DNA of 52,735 bases, filler included, from Jimgerdemannia flammicorona (GCA_003990765.1; 2 parts of 2 records of this genome joined end to end with filler, not necessarily neighbours in it); one strand, 5' to 3'; shown: positions 11,641 to 24,897, counted from the whole stretch's first letter. Made by a program: numbers and translations. The notes: a model not told the origin generated them from the letters alone.

Positions 11641-12078
11641 CTATTCAAACTCCCAGACTTCAATGGTCTGTATGGTCTTGTATTGTGCAATTTGTTGCAT
11701 TACTGTTTCCAAATGGTGTTGCCTGACTCAGTTGAAGTCTGAGGGAGTCACTCCTCACAGGTGGGCTAGTGCTGGTTTATCCTCTTGAAATAGCTTGTGG
11801 ATTCTCTTAGCAATGGTAATCTGGAAATAGGAGAGCTGGCATTCTGCGATCCAATTTTCTTTGGTCATTTCTGGGTCTTGGTTGAGTACTTGGGCAAGTT
11901 TGAAGTACTCTTAAAATTCGTTTTGATGCTGATAGGCCTTGAAGTGTGAGATTTGAGAGAGATGAGTCTGTATAATGCTTTGGATACTATCATAAGACTC
12001 CTCTATCGTCAGAGGCTCAGTGGTATATCATTGTCTCTCGATGGCTCTTTGGGCAGCACTAGTGATCTTGAGTACCAT
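11641..12078 (-). pseudogene. E2 ORF3 (145 aa, env position), accessory protein of unknown function
   Basis: ATG about 13 nt after the pol stop; MVLKITSAAQRAIE...YFKLAQVL...IAKRIHKLF...ALAHL*GVT...; 4 internal stops, all readable as CGA/CAA->TGA/TAA. Confidence 0.8.
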
Positions 12079-12090
12079 TGCAGTACTTTT

Positions 12091-14680
12091 GTTACTGGCT
12101 ATGATATTTCTTGAGTCAGTTTCAGTGAATGGTGGTGGGGATTATTGTGCCTGAGGGCTTTTGTAATCAGAAAGTGGTCCCTTTTATATCTTGCACTAGG
12201 TAAGGTCCTTTCCACTTGGGCTTCAGTTTTCATGACCAAGAAGCTTCTACCATGTTCTGGTATATCAGGACTTCATCTCCTATCTTAATAATCTCCAGGG
12301 GCTTGTGGATCTTTTCCGCATTGCTCCATTGTAGTGCTTGTGCCTTGATTATGTAATTCTCTGCCTTTTTCCTAATTTGATGTAATCTTCATATCTCTAT
12401 GTCCACATACTTCCAGACTGCATCATTATTTGCTGACAAATTTTCACTAGAACTTTCTTCTCTGAACAGTATCTCCCAGAGAGTAAAGTGGGTACTTTGT
12501 GATCTGATGTCCTGGAGAGCGAATAATGCTATTGGCAGATAGTGATCCCAGTTTTCATAGTTATCACAGATCTTGGTGATAACATTCTTGAGGGTCTTGT
12601 TGGTTCTTTCTGCTTGTCCATTTCCTTAGGGGTGATAGGCTGTGGTCCAAATGCACTGGATCTTGTACTTCTTATAGAGAACCTCAAAGAGCTGGTTCAC
12701 AAATTCTGTTCCTCTATCTGTAGTTACTTGTGTTGGTGTCTTGAACCAGCAGATAATTTCCTTGTGGAAGAAATCAGCGATTGACTGTGTATTGGCTTCC
12801 TTGAGGAGTCCTGCTTCTATCCACTTCATAAAAAGGTCTAAGATGACAATGATATATCTGTTACCAGTCAGGTTCAAGGGTAGAGGACCGATTACATCCA
12901 TTGCTATATGGGCAAATAGTACTGGTTTTATGCATGCTGATCCTGGGGCCTGGTTTCATTGGTCTTGTTTCTGTTTCTGGTATTTATTACAGGTTCTGAC
13001 AAATTGTCTGATATCTTCTTCCATTCCAGGCCACCACATGGTTCTTCTTACTTTGTCATATGTATTTGTTTCTCCTATGTGGCCTTGTTCATGTACTTCT
13101 TTCATTACTTGATTCTTCTAGTGTTCGGAGATGACTAATTGTTGTCCTTTCTTGAGTATTTCTCCATCAGTTTTGAATTGTTTCTATGTCCGATTAATAA
13201 TTGTTTTTGTCCATTCTTCCAGATACAGGGGCATCTTTCACTGCCCCAGATAGCTGATGATTTCATAGTACAGCTCCCTATTCATGGTGATTTTATAGGG
13301 GTGAGGTCCTTCAGAGTGTCCGTAAGAGGGCATTGGCATTGGCATTGGTTCTTCTGGGGCAGTGAGTGATTGTGGCATCATATGCTTGCAGCTTCATGAA
13401 CCATCGGGCATAGATTCCTTTGGGTTCACTGGTGGTGAGCAACTAGATGAGTGCTGAGTAGTCTGTCTGGATAGTGAAGTGTCTTCCCGCTAGGTAAGAG
13501 TGGAACTTCTCTATAGCCCAGATGACTGCAAGACATTCTAGCTTGTATGACTCATAGGACTGCTCCACTCCACAAGTATCTCGGCTGAGATAGGCTACTA
13601 CATACTTGGTGCCATTCTTCTTCTGTGCAAGGACAGCTCCAAGTCCCATTGCACTGGCATCTGTCTGTAGAATAAATTCTCGTATCCAGTCAGGTCTTCT
13701 CAAGATTGGGGCCTGGGTCAGCCTGATCTTGAGTTCATCAAAGGCTAGTTGCTGTTGTTGTGTCCACTAGAACTTGATCTCTTTTCTGAACAGATTGTAG
13801 ATAGGGCTGGCAATGTGGGAGAATCTTCGAATAAATCTCCTGTAATAGGATGCTAGTCCCATGAAGGCTCAGGCTTCAGTGACACTAGTAGGTACCGGAT
13901 ATGCTGCTATTGCCTTGATCTTTGTGAGATCTGTGTGTGTTCCTTTATGGTTGATGATGTGTCCGAGGTATGCGATTTCTTCTTCTCCAAATTTGCATTT
14001 CTTGGGCTTGATGTAGAGACCATTTTTGTGAAGCATTCTGAGGATTTCCTTGATATATTCCAAGTACTCCTTGGCTGTTCGGCTGAAGATGATCATATTA
14101 TCCACATATACCATCATCTATTTTTTCATAACATCTCTGAAGATGCTATTCATTATTTGCTGGAAGCTTGATGGTGCATTGTACATTCCAAAGGGCATGT
14201 GGAGATAAACATAGGTTCCATCAGGAGTAATGAAGGTTGATCTTTTACTGGCTTCAGGTATAAGGCCAATTTGGTAGAATCCTGAGAATAGATCCAGATT
14301 GGTGTAAAATTATGATTTATTCCCCAGCATGATAAGAATGTCACCAATGTTGGGCAATGGTTGTCTATCCTTCTCTGTGACCTCATTGAGTCTTCTATAG
14401 TCTGTGTAAAGTCTTGGTGCAAATTCTCCTGGTCAGCTTCCTTTCTTTGATACAAGAACAATAAGTGAAGACCAAGGGCTGCTGGCTTCCTTGATGATAC
14501 CAGATTCCTCCATTACCTTGATTTCAGTCTTGAGCCATTCTCTGTATGCTGGCAGAATGGGGCAGGCTTTTTGATAGATTGGTTTCGCATCTCTAGTATT
14601 GATGTTATGATAGTATAAGGGTTTCTTAGTCTTGATGTCCTTGAAATCTGTAGCCAGTACATCTTCAAATGTATGCAAGA
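12091..14680 (-). pseudogene. E2 RT, RNase H and integrase with GPY/F motif
   Basis: ASSPWSS, MPFGMYNAP, VYVDN(D)MII, LQTDAS, MDVIGPLP, TDRGTEF, KWKGPY. Confidence 0.93.
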
Positions 14681-14794
14681 GGTTCTGCAACTCCTTCCTG
14701 AGGGGAAAGTTCTTTCCGATTATATAAGTATGTTTGTCTTGGCTTTCCTCCTTCTTGTGCTCCAATTCTGTAATCTTGGTTGCTATGAGGACTC

Positions 14795-15200
14795 CTCTTT
14801 CTGTAGAGCCGAATCCAGCTCTTCCTTGCTGAGTTTGTCTGATGTTTGTGACTTCCTTGATTCTTGGGTTAAGGACAGGTAGGATGAGCATTTGTGCCAG
14901 CCGATCCTTCTTCTTTACTTCAAATGGGATTGTTGGATTATGATTCCTGGTGAGGAGGAGGATTTCTCCTGTATAGTCTGAATCAATGACTCCTCCTTCT
15001 ATGGATATTTCACTTTTCGCTAAGCTGCTCCTTGTCTTGAGGATTCCGACATGACTTAGTGGGATGGTTACTTTAATTCCTGTTCCCAGCATAGTAGTGG
15101 TTTGTGGTTCGATAATTGTGTGTATTATGGTAGATAGATCCATTCCTGCTGCATTCTCCGATTTGTACTGTGGCAAGACTACATCAGGGTGGATCCTTCA
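14795..15200 (-). CDS. dut: dUTPase domain of E2 (between PR and RT)
   Basis: AAGMDL, RSSLA, GVIDSDYTGEI, RLAQM, GRAGFGST. Confidence 0.93.
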
Positions 15201-15509
15201 TATCTTGACTGTGATGTCTTCTTCATTATTGCTGTCATTCAATAGCTCTGGTGGTCCATCTTCTGGTTCCTCCTGATTCTTCTTTGGCTTGTTGGAGATC
15301 TTTTTCACTTCAATGATGCAGGAGTAGCAGCAATCCAAGTGCTGGGCACAGTACATTCTTTCACCATGGGGGCACCTTCCTAGTGGGGTGTATCCGTCTG
15401 CGATCCTTTTGTACCATTCTTCCTCTATCCACTGCTTATCTTTTCCTCTCTTTATGGTAACCATATAGGCTTCTTCTTCTTGCTCTTCCTCCATTTCTGG
15501 GCAGACTCC

Positions 15510-15880
15510 TTTGTGGACATTGATGGGAATTCTGATCTTCTTTCCCCAGTAGATGATTTGCATCTTCTGTGCACTGAGATCGATCATTGCCTTGGCTTTG
15601 TGAAGCCATTAATTGCCAATGAGGATATCATAGTTGGTTGCATTGGTGATGATGATATCTACTAGGATAATGGCTTCTCTAAACTTGATGGATATATCCC
15701 AGATCTTTCCCAGAGGTGTTGCTCGTGTTCCATTAGCTGTAACAAATACCAATTTGGTGGCTTCTTCTATCTCTCAGCCTAGGCAGTCTACTGCTTTCTT
15801 AGTGATGAGACATCCTCCTGCTCTCATATCGATGATGGCTTCAAAGACTTGGTCCTCGATCTGGCAGGTAGCATAGGCAG
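15510..15880 (-). pseudogene. E2 aspartic protease
   Basis: FEAIIDMRAGGCLIT (DTGA altered by transitions), TANGTRATPLG, YDILIGN. Confidence 0.85.
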
Positions 15881-16376
15881 AGGTTTTGTGATTGTCTTTA
15901 CTTTCTTCTCCTGAGTCCTCTTGAATGTTATTGGCCTCAGTTATCTTCCATCCTTGCTCCTTAGTTGTTTTGGCAAGTCTGAATCTTATTTGTTGTCTAA
16001 ATATTTGGATTTCTGCAAGCTGACCAAAGGTTATATTGATCTTTTGTTGGCTAAGGTCCTTGAAGATATCATACTTGAAAGTCTTGGTCTTGCAAAGTTT
16101 ATTTTCTTTCTCTCCTTTACTGGCTGGGGTAGTTTCTTGGATAATATCTTGAACTGCTTCTTCCAGTTCCATATCTTGGTCCATCTCTTCAGCTTGGCTT
16201 TCAGTGGCCGTTTCTATCTGCTTTTCTACTGGATTCTTCTTGGGTCTTCCTGGTAGTCTCTTGTAGGGTTCCTTGTGAACATCTTTCTTGATAGTCTGAG
16301 CAGGATAGGCCTCCCATTCTTCTTTGTCAGAATCTCCAATTTCCTTGAAGGTAATTGTATTGGCCTGTTTCTTGTT

Positions 16377-17234
16377 TTATATAGTATTGCTTGGTTGAGC
16401 CTTGTGCTTGGTTTCGCTCATGCATTCATAGGAGTAGTGGCCTTCTTCTCCACAAGTATAGCAGGTGCCTTTCTTCTTGTCTGAGGTGGTGGTAAACTTC
16501 TGGACAGGGTGGCAGTCTCTTCCTCTAATCTTCTTTACTACATCCCCCAAGTGGGCAGTCATTTCCATGAACCTCTTGGTAAGTTCCTCCAAAGGGTCAC
16601 TGTTCTTTTGCTGCTCTGTAGCTTTGGGCTGAGGTTTGTTTTAATTGATCATTGTGGTGGGGATCACACTGGTTGACTTAGGTGCCTCAATTCTGACTCC
16701 TGTAACTCTCTCCATTATATGGTCTTGTGGGTGTCTAGCTATCCAGTATTGCTGAGCATAGGTGACCTTTTGTAGCAGATCCAGAATCACTGGTGATGAG
16801 CGGATGGCCATGGCTATTTCTGGATAGACTCCTTTCATGAAGGTTGCTTTGGCTATTTTATCTCAGATAGCAGTAGCATAATCTGCAAGGATTATCTGAT
16901 ATTGAATTCTGGTATAGAATGTGTTTGGATCCTTGCTCATTCCTTGGCATATTGTATTGAGCTGATCCTTCAGGGCTTGCTTGATCTCGTCTGTATAATA
17001 TGTATTTCGGAGCCAGGTCTTCTGTGCTGTCAGTATAGCATTGGCATCATTTCCTGTATGGGTTGCGGCTGTGAATGCTGCTCTGGCAGGACCTCGTAGG
17101 CTGAAAAGCATGAGGGCTACTTGCTGTGCTGCTGTCAGGGTCCTTACAGTGGCATACTGCTCGAAATCATCAATGAAGGTGATGATTGATTCATCTGAGA
17201 TATATCCATGGAATACTGGTGGTCTCATATGCAT
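16377..17234 (-). pseudogene. gag: E2 gag
   Basis: PPVFHG...FIDDFE...LRGPA; CYTCGEEGHYSYEC zinc knuckle. Confidence 0.88.
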
Positions 17235-17348
17235 CTTGTCTGAGTATTGGGGCTTGGTTTGTATGATTGTTTGGGTAGGGGTGGTTGTTCATTGTTTAGC
17301 TTGAAAGTGAGGGATTCATCTTGAATGACCAGTCAATGGACATCAAGT

Positions 17349-17815
17349 TGTAATGTAGCAGACACTTACTCTTAAAAGTACATTGGATTTCAGTATCTTG
17401 AAAACTTGACTGTTCTGACTCTCACAGAGTCTCTTGAGTTACAGGGGAGAGTGGGTGAGTTCGAAGTGTATCTGCCCATAGGCTTACTAGTTCCTTTGCT
17501 ATCTCTTTGCTTTTGAACTATTTTAATCTGAGGTTTATTCACTTGAAGATACTGGGTTATTTATACAAGTTTGCTAGCTATGAGATAGTTACTGGGTTAT
17601 GTGGCTAAGTTATGAGGCATTTAACACTTTGCGAAATATTTTGCTAGTTGTGAAATGCTATACTATATTGAGAAGCTCAATCTCGCACTTTGTGAAATAT
17701 TTCACAAGTAGCGAAATTGAGGACTGCTAACTATGTGGCTATACTACTTTGAGACTGGGTATGATCAAGTGTTTATTCCCTATTTCCTTCTTCCGAATCT
17801 GGCTATACCATCACA
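17349..17815 (-). repeat. 5' LTR of E2
   Basis: tgtaa...tcaca termini; direct repeat of 11137-11603. Confidence 0.93.
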
Positions 17816-18059
17816 GCAATAATAACTTATAAGTTATATGAGACTCTATATAATAATTATATATAAGTATTTGTATCAAATTAATTTTACCTAAAATCTC
17901 AGCTATTCAATTTATGAAATAAGTCTAAGAAGAGTATCTACAAATACACTAATTATATTGATAATCTAGTGAATCAAGTAAATTTCCTCAGTATATCTGC
18001 AGATTACATTGATAATGAAGATAAGATTATAGTACTCATAAGAGAACTTCTAAATATAT

Positions 18060-20116
18060 TGTGATATATATAACTGATAATACTGAAATAAGGAATAATG
18101 ATAACAGATCTTATAATATCAGATGATAACTTCAATCTTATAATATAATAAATAGATAATACTATCTGATGACTCTTTTAACTTATCAAGTGATCTAACC
18201 AAAAGAAGCAATGATAATTCAAGCTAAAATGAAGACTAAATTATTTAAAGAATTGAGATCTAGTATATTAAGAAGAATCAGAATATATATATAAGAATAT
18301 AATATCTCCTTCCTACCTCTCTAACTAGACTTTCTACTATAATACTTCTTTATCAAAACTGAAGAGTCTTGTCCTCAAAGCCATCAAAATGGCTATCTGG
18401 TACCTAGACACCACTAAGTATCTGAACTTCTATACTGAAGATCTTGGATATTTTATTAACTACTACTATATAATAACTTTGTAATACAAGAATACTACTG
18501 ACTGAATAGACCTCTGACATAACTATGAAATTGGATACTGCCTCTGTAATAAACCACAAGAAGATGACCAAGAAGATCTTATTACCAAATTATTAACCAC
18601 CAACTGGCTGATTATGGGAGTTCTTTATATCTACCAAATCGTCTATTATGTACTTTAGGCTATAGCTTACTTATAAGGAGTTACTGATAGAAATATAGTC
18701 TACCTCACTACTGAAGAAGTCAATTGGAAAGAAGTTGAAGATGTTAATTATATTAAGAGCAACAGTATTACTGTAAGAAGTTAACAAACTGAATCTACTC
18801 TGCAAGGCTTTTATATAACTTCTCTCTGATATAACCATCAAGGCTATCTAATGAGTCTTATGGAAATCTTTGAAGGACTACTTATTACTATTGAAGTACC
18901 TACAAGAGCTACCACAACTACCCCCTACTCTGTTAGTTATATGTCATATTACATTATATAAAAACTGAACTAAGAAGTCTCAAAAACTCCTATTCAAAAA
19001 GAAAAAGAACACTAAGACTACCCAAACTGAGGAATCCCAAGAAAATAAATAAAGAATCTACCAGTCTTCAGTCTGCCTTCAAGCTATGTAAGAGTTAGAA
19101 AACATCATTAAAGATAACTGGTCACTATTCTATCCCCTCACCTCTTGGTCAGTACTTTCTCTCTTTAAAGAGTGATATGATGAAATCACAATCTCATAAG
19201 GTGATTTTCTTGTTACTGGTAAAGTATATAATGCCTTTTAAGATAGAGATCAATATTCTTTATCAGTAATACAGAATAAAGGCATTTCAGCCTTATTCAA
19301 TTTAGTTAATATCACTCTCTATATAAGTATATTATAGTTTTGCCAAATATAGAATAGCTCTCCTATTACCTAAACATTCTTTGCCAGCAGTGCAGATCAA
19401 GAGTGTTCTAATCTTACCCCATTGATATAGTCTTTACTACTGATATACTACTACTAGCAAACCAATAGTATATCCAGACCTTATCATTAGAGTATAGTAG
19501 AAATATATATATACTCCTAAAGACAAGAGTGAATATATCTCAGTCAGATAGTTTAAAGTAAAAAGAATTTACAGAGAAACACACTACCTTCAAAAGTTGA
19601 GAGATTACTCTTACCAACTCAGAAATTGATACAAAATACAAACCACTACCTCAAAAATCATTATAAAACTCAAGATACAAATTGTACTGTTATAAAAATT
19701 GCCACAAAATTTAAGATATAAGTCAGTTAAGACTGTTATAAGAAATTTAAGATACAAGGCCTTAGAAATCAGATACAAGATTCAAGAAACAATAGAACAC
19801 TATTCAGAAATATATAGAATAATCACCAATATATTAAGAAGCTCAGAAAATCTGCAAAAACAATTGCCAGAAATCTTATACTATTTTGCTATTCCAAATA
19901 TCCAATAATATGACCAATGACTTGCAATATACAAACTTCAATAATATGGGAACTTTAACTTGATACAAATGAGAAATATAAACAAATTGAATAGTAGTTG
20001 AACTGAATATTGAGCTAGAACATTATCAGATAAAAAGATAAATAATATATAAGATAACCAGTTAACTAAGTAGTATATCAAGTAGTATATTCTACGAATA
20101 AGACATATATATTATA
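18060..20116 (+). repeat. Old, decayed LTR of an E1-related subfamily in opposite orientation (right end approximate)
   Basis: Starts tgtgatatatataactgataa, matching the E1 LTR minus-strand start tgtgatgtacacaattgacaa; contains the LTR-ORF homologue. Confidence 0.7.
18310..19230 (+). pseudogene. Decayed copy of the LTR-encoded accessory ORF
   Basis: LVLKAIKMAIWYLDTTKYLNFYTEDLGYFINY...YEIG...EDDQEDLITK...IYQSSVCLQA...WSLFYPLTSW. Confidence 0.75.
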
Positions 20117-20801
20117 ATGAGCCTGGCTCAATGAAGGTAAATTACAAGGTTGGGAATTAGTATAGTTTGGCTTGAGTCCCTAGTTACTTTGTCAAAAGCA
20201 ACAAAATATTCTAAGATTCTGGTATCATGTTGGTGTTTTAGTGGTATAATAGTTATTCTGGATATAACAGTAGTTCCTTTAGTCATATAGTGGTCAATTT
20301 GTATATTGATTTTCTTATTAAGACAGTTCTCTAGATATAGTGGTAATTTGTATATATATGGTGTGGTAATCTTCAAAAGTATATGATTTCTATATGATAA
20401 TCTCTTTATATAGTATAATGATCTTGAAGTGTAATGGTTTGGCAATTGGGTAGTTTTTCTTATATAATTTTGATGTAATGACCTCTATGTAGTATTACAA
20501 TCTCCTTATATATAATAGTTGGAATAGAGGATGACATAGATCCTTCTGAATCAGATTTACTGGGAATAATACTTGGCAGTTCTTCTGAATCAGACTCACT
20601 GAGAATGGTGAATAGCTCGGATAATGCAGATAATTTAGATAACTCAGTAACTCAGATAACTCAGATATTACAGATTCTTCCTGAATCAGCAGAGTTCTGA
20701 GAAATAACTCAGATATAGATAACTCAATAACTCAGATTCTTAACAAGTTATATCAAAGCCTAGCTTCATTTACATGGGGTTACTTTGTAGACTGACTCCA
20801 C

Positions 20802-21440
20802 TGTGAAGTTGTATCAGAAGACTGGCTTATGGCAAGTTTTCTTAAGGCTCTCTGAGAATATGAGTTTTTCTTCAAAAGGTAGCAAAGTTCTTTCTTAAAC
20901 TTTGGCAGCAAATCTTCAGGCATATCTGGCAAGCAAACCATGGCTTTGTATTGGAAAGTAGACCAGAGTAAAAAGTAAGCTCACAATCTCCTAGCAGTGG
21001 TTATAGAGTTCCTCTCAAAGTAGAGAAGACAGACTTATCTTTTGCTTTGAATTTTGAACTCTTCTTTATATTAAAAAGCAAACCAGAGTTGAAATATATT
21101 CTGACTCTTATCTCTGGGGTATTTTATATATTTGTGGTTGCTATCAGATTACTATGTTGCTAATTATAAATTGTTATTTATGGCAGGTGTGCTGATTCAG
21201 TACAGGTGTACTGATTTATTACAGATGTACAGATTCGGCACAATTATACCTTATCTGGTAGTCTGGCTATTTATACAGTTTTTTATAGCAATGGTTACTG
21301 TGTCTGGTTACTATACTATGTTTTCATATCATCTGACTAGGTTATAATTTGAGTGGTATATTTTAGTTTATCAAATCAGCCCCCACTAAAAGAGGGTCTA
21401 ATAAGAGATTATAGTTGAGGCCTCATATATAATGAGTACA
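20802..21440 (-). repeat. Putative 5' LTR of another element inserted into the YR-type element; start of its internal region at ~20120-20800
   Basis: tgtg...gtaca termini; TGG 1 nt after its minus-strand end; TATA-like tatataaaatacccc at ~21116-21130; truncates the RT ORF. Confidence 0.4.
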
Positions 21441-24190
21441 ATGGCCATTGACAGAGAGACACCATGATTGAGTTGAGTTTGCTGACAGAGAGGCAAGCCT
21501 TCATTATGATAGAATTGAGTTTGATGCCTAAGAAGATGAGTGATATTGAAGTTTTATCTACTTTATGATCTTGGATAGACCAACTGAGGGCCTGGCAAAG
21601 GAATAGAAATGAATTGAGGTCAGCAGTAGCAGCCTCTGTGAGTGATAAAGAAACTAATAAATAATTATCAATATAGTATATTAGTACCTGGAGGCTATGC
21701 TGAGATATCATCCAAGCTAGTAATTTGGTAAAGAAATTGAAAAGAAATAGTAAGGATGATATACCAAATAGTGCAAAGTAGTTGAAGTAGAACTGTCCTG
21801 ACCAAGTGAATCTGAGCAACTTCCAATTGATAGGATAGATGAGAAGGTGATGATATATATTGGCTAGATTGATTTTACATAATAGACAACTTTTCTCAAA
21901 ATGTTGAACAAGATTGAGAGCATTGTTGAAGCAAACATATGAAAGATAAAATATCTCATAGTCAATGCCAGCATTAACAGAACTCCTATTGTGAGGCCAG
22001 AAAAGATCATGAATGCACCACCAGACAGTAGAAGAATTCTTCTTAGAAACAGCACTTAGAAGGAATAAGTAGAAGCTCAAAAATAGTAGAGAGAAAAAGG
22101 GGCCATATATATGACCAGCTGCAATCTTATATATGATATCAGAAGAGATAGTGTCTGGATGATCTAGAGTCAAATGATGATTATAAGTAAAGAGATAGAA
22201 CCAAGGGCCATCTAATTCCAGAGAATGTCTTGGGTGATAGCAGCAATAACAGCCAGAGAAACAGATTGGTCAGGATAGAACTGAAGTTTGCAAGCCCATA
22301 TATTAGTATAGAGCATGGTGGAAAGTGGGGGAAAATGATGTAGAATTGATGAAATGGTATTATTAAAAAGTAATGTAATCAGTTATTAAAGAAAAGAATT
22401 AGGAGTAGAAGGAGGAATGGATATGACTGAGGTGGCGGTGAGTTCTTAGAGCTAGAACAGAGAGTTGTGAGGATAGTAGAGCCACAGATGATCAGTACTA
22501 TATCAAGTGCAGATATGGGCATATAAATATTCATTCTATTGACAACTAAATTCCTTAGCTGGAGACCCATTGGCTATAATGTAGTTGAAGGTATAACAGA
22601 AGGAAGGACCCAATAAACTGTTAGATATCTGAGAAATAGAGCTGCTGGCAAAGTTAGCAAAGTATGGGGAGTTGCAAAGTTTACCAGAAGGTTTTGAGTT
22701 AGTGACTAGCATACAGAGACATTGGTATAAACTGAGTACCATAAAGAGGTCAGGGTTATGGCATGCCCACAGATGGCACCATAATAGAGAAATATCATCA
22801 TTTGTAATCTCTGCCAAATGTTAAGTGTGAAAGAAACATAGTAGTCAGGAAAAGCAGACCAAAATAAAGATATCAATAGTAAAATGAAGTCAGTGATATA
22901 GATAAAGAATGGAGTGGGTTCTGTAAGCCTGAGATATATGTTTTAAAGGATGCTAAAATAGGTGAGGAGGGCCATAAGGAAGGAGAAAATATCAGAATGT
23001 TCCTTCAAGATAGACAGAGGTTTCTGCAGGATAACTTGAGTACCAGAGTCATTGACAGACTCAATAAACTGAGCTTCAGAAGAGGATCCAGAAGATGTAA
23101 TATTGTGCTCCAGCAGATGATACAAAGATATAACTAGAAAAGAGTTATTGACAACTGATACTAATAAGCATTGGTTGATGTGAATATATTTAAGCAAAAG
23201 ATTCATTCTGCAAATAATAGTATAGAAGACAGTAGTGAAAGAGAGAGGGGTTAAAGAGAACTCACCATAAGGGATACCAGATGGACCATAGCTGCCAAAA
23301 GGGGTAGAGGTGAGGGGAAATGTCAGAAAAGTGAGCACAGATTCAATAGCAGTGGACAAAGAAATGACAGCACAATTAATGAAGGATTGGTCTATAATCA
23401 GAATGGTAGAGTGGACAGAGAAATCAGAGAGACCGGGAGTAATGACTGATGGGGCAGGAACTAGACCAAAAGAAAGGACAGAGGAATGTGAATGAAGTAG
23501 CTAAAAAAGTTCATTGAAGTAATAATCTTGAGCAGTAGAACATTTGTAAAGTAGTGTGATACTGGTCTCTATAGAAGGATTTATAGGAAGTGGTAGACTT
23601 GTAGATAGATTACAGAGAAGTCAGTGAACTACTACAAATAGAAGTCTTAGATATAGTATAGATGGAAGGGTATGTTGAATGATTGGGAGAAGTAGAGGTA
23701 ATATCATTAGGGAGGCTTTCAAGATAAAGAATAAAGGTGCTAATATTGGGGTTGTTATTATTGAGATCATCTTATAAGAAATAAAGCACTCATTCAATAA
23801 AGAGAATATTATGGCAGAAGAGACAGGCTACAGAATCTAACTCATATTGCTCTTTTGATATATTAGAAGAATCATGCTGACACAAAGAGCAGGAGTTAAT
23901 GGCAAGCACTATATGAATTAGTAATGTTTATAACAAATGTATTTGAATAAAAGCAAGTGAAAATATATATAAAGATGAGTGACTATAGAAGATCAAAGAG
24001 TAGTAATTAAAGAAGAGAAAACCAAAGAATAAAGTATATATAATCATAATTACCAAATAGGGAAATATATGTCCACTAATGAAAATCTGAGTGAAACAAG
24101 TATTACCTGAAACAAATAAGGCATTTGGTATCAGAACATTAGCACTAAGAACATTCATGCATTTATTGATCTATAGCCTTAAATAAGTCT
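21441..24190 (-). mobile_element. Truncated DIRS/Ngaro-type (tyrosine recombinase) retrotransposon: gag-like region plus RT
   Basis: RT reads GHIYGPF...AVSKK...IHDLFWP..SVNAGI...WKLLRFTWSGQFYF...FG...YYIDNYL; upstream decayed CYTFN...YAHIC finger; no YR seen. Confidence 0.8.
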
Positions 24191-24199
24191 ACTTAATAA

Positions 24200-24886
24200 T
24201 TATAGTGGACCAGTAGAGTACCAGACTGAAGGTGATCTTTGAAGCTGGAGTAGATACTATATCAGTGAGACCTTCTGATTAATATAGAGTGATTAGGTGG
24301 TAGGTGTCACTCTTGTCTACTTTTGGTAATTTATGTGATTAGGCCCCAGTTATTGGGAGTGATTGGGGGTCTGAGGCTACTTAGATTAGGTATCTTAGCT
24401 ATACTTAACTAGAACTGAGAACAGATATATGTAGTAATATAATTGAGACCCATAAGCTTGAGTAATAGAGTATTGGAGGTCACCTCCCATCTTACATATA
24501 AGTTCTCTACTCACCTCATTATAGAGAACCAGATTCTATCTACTATTCTGTACTTTGAGAGAAGGTTTTCTTTACCTATCACTCTTCTTGAAGTAGTAGG
24601 GGCTATGCAAATTGACTTAAACATAGTCTTATACATACATATGTTAGAGTTTTGGACATATATCTTTAGCATATGGTTATTACTCCCTAGTAGTAGGAAG
24701 AGCATGATATACAGAATAAGATACAGATAATTTTGCCCTACAGTATCTGATATAATTGAGCTACTGAATAATAGCTAGCCTAGGTTCAATTGAAGTAGAG
24801 TGCTCAGTGGGTAGTGGGAGAGGGTTTTGGTCTATATTGTCTAGGTTCTCTTTTAATAAAATCTGTGGGACTTTGAGTCTATTAAA
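24200..24886 (+). mobile_element. Old 5'-truncated copy of the 1.2 kb poly(A) retroposon (family R1)
   Basis: Aligns to ~28475-29160 with many transitions; ends aataaa...gagtctattaaa. Confidence 0.8.
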
Positions 24887-24897
24887 TATATATATAT

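Larger units (their letters stand above)
11137..17815 (-). mobile_element. Full-length Ty3/Gypsy element E2: gag-PR-Cys/His-dUTPase-RT-RH-IN(GPY)-ORF3
   Basis: Two 467-bp LTRs; PPT; possible 4-bp TSD acaa/gcaa; complete pol domain set. Confidence 0.95.

Noticed and set aside
11641..12078. env gene call for E2 ORF3
   Set aside because: Too short, with no evident signal peptide, cleavage site or transmembrane helix
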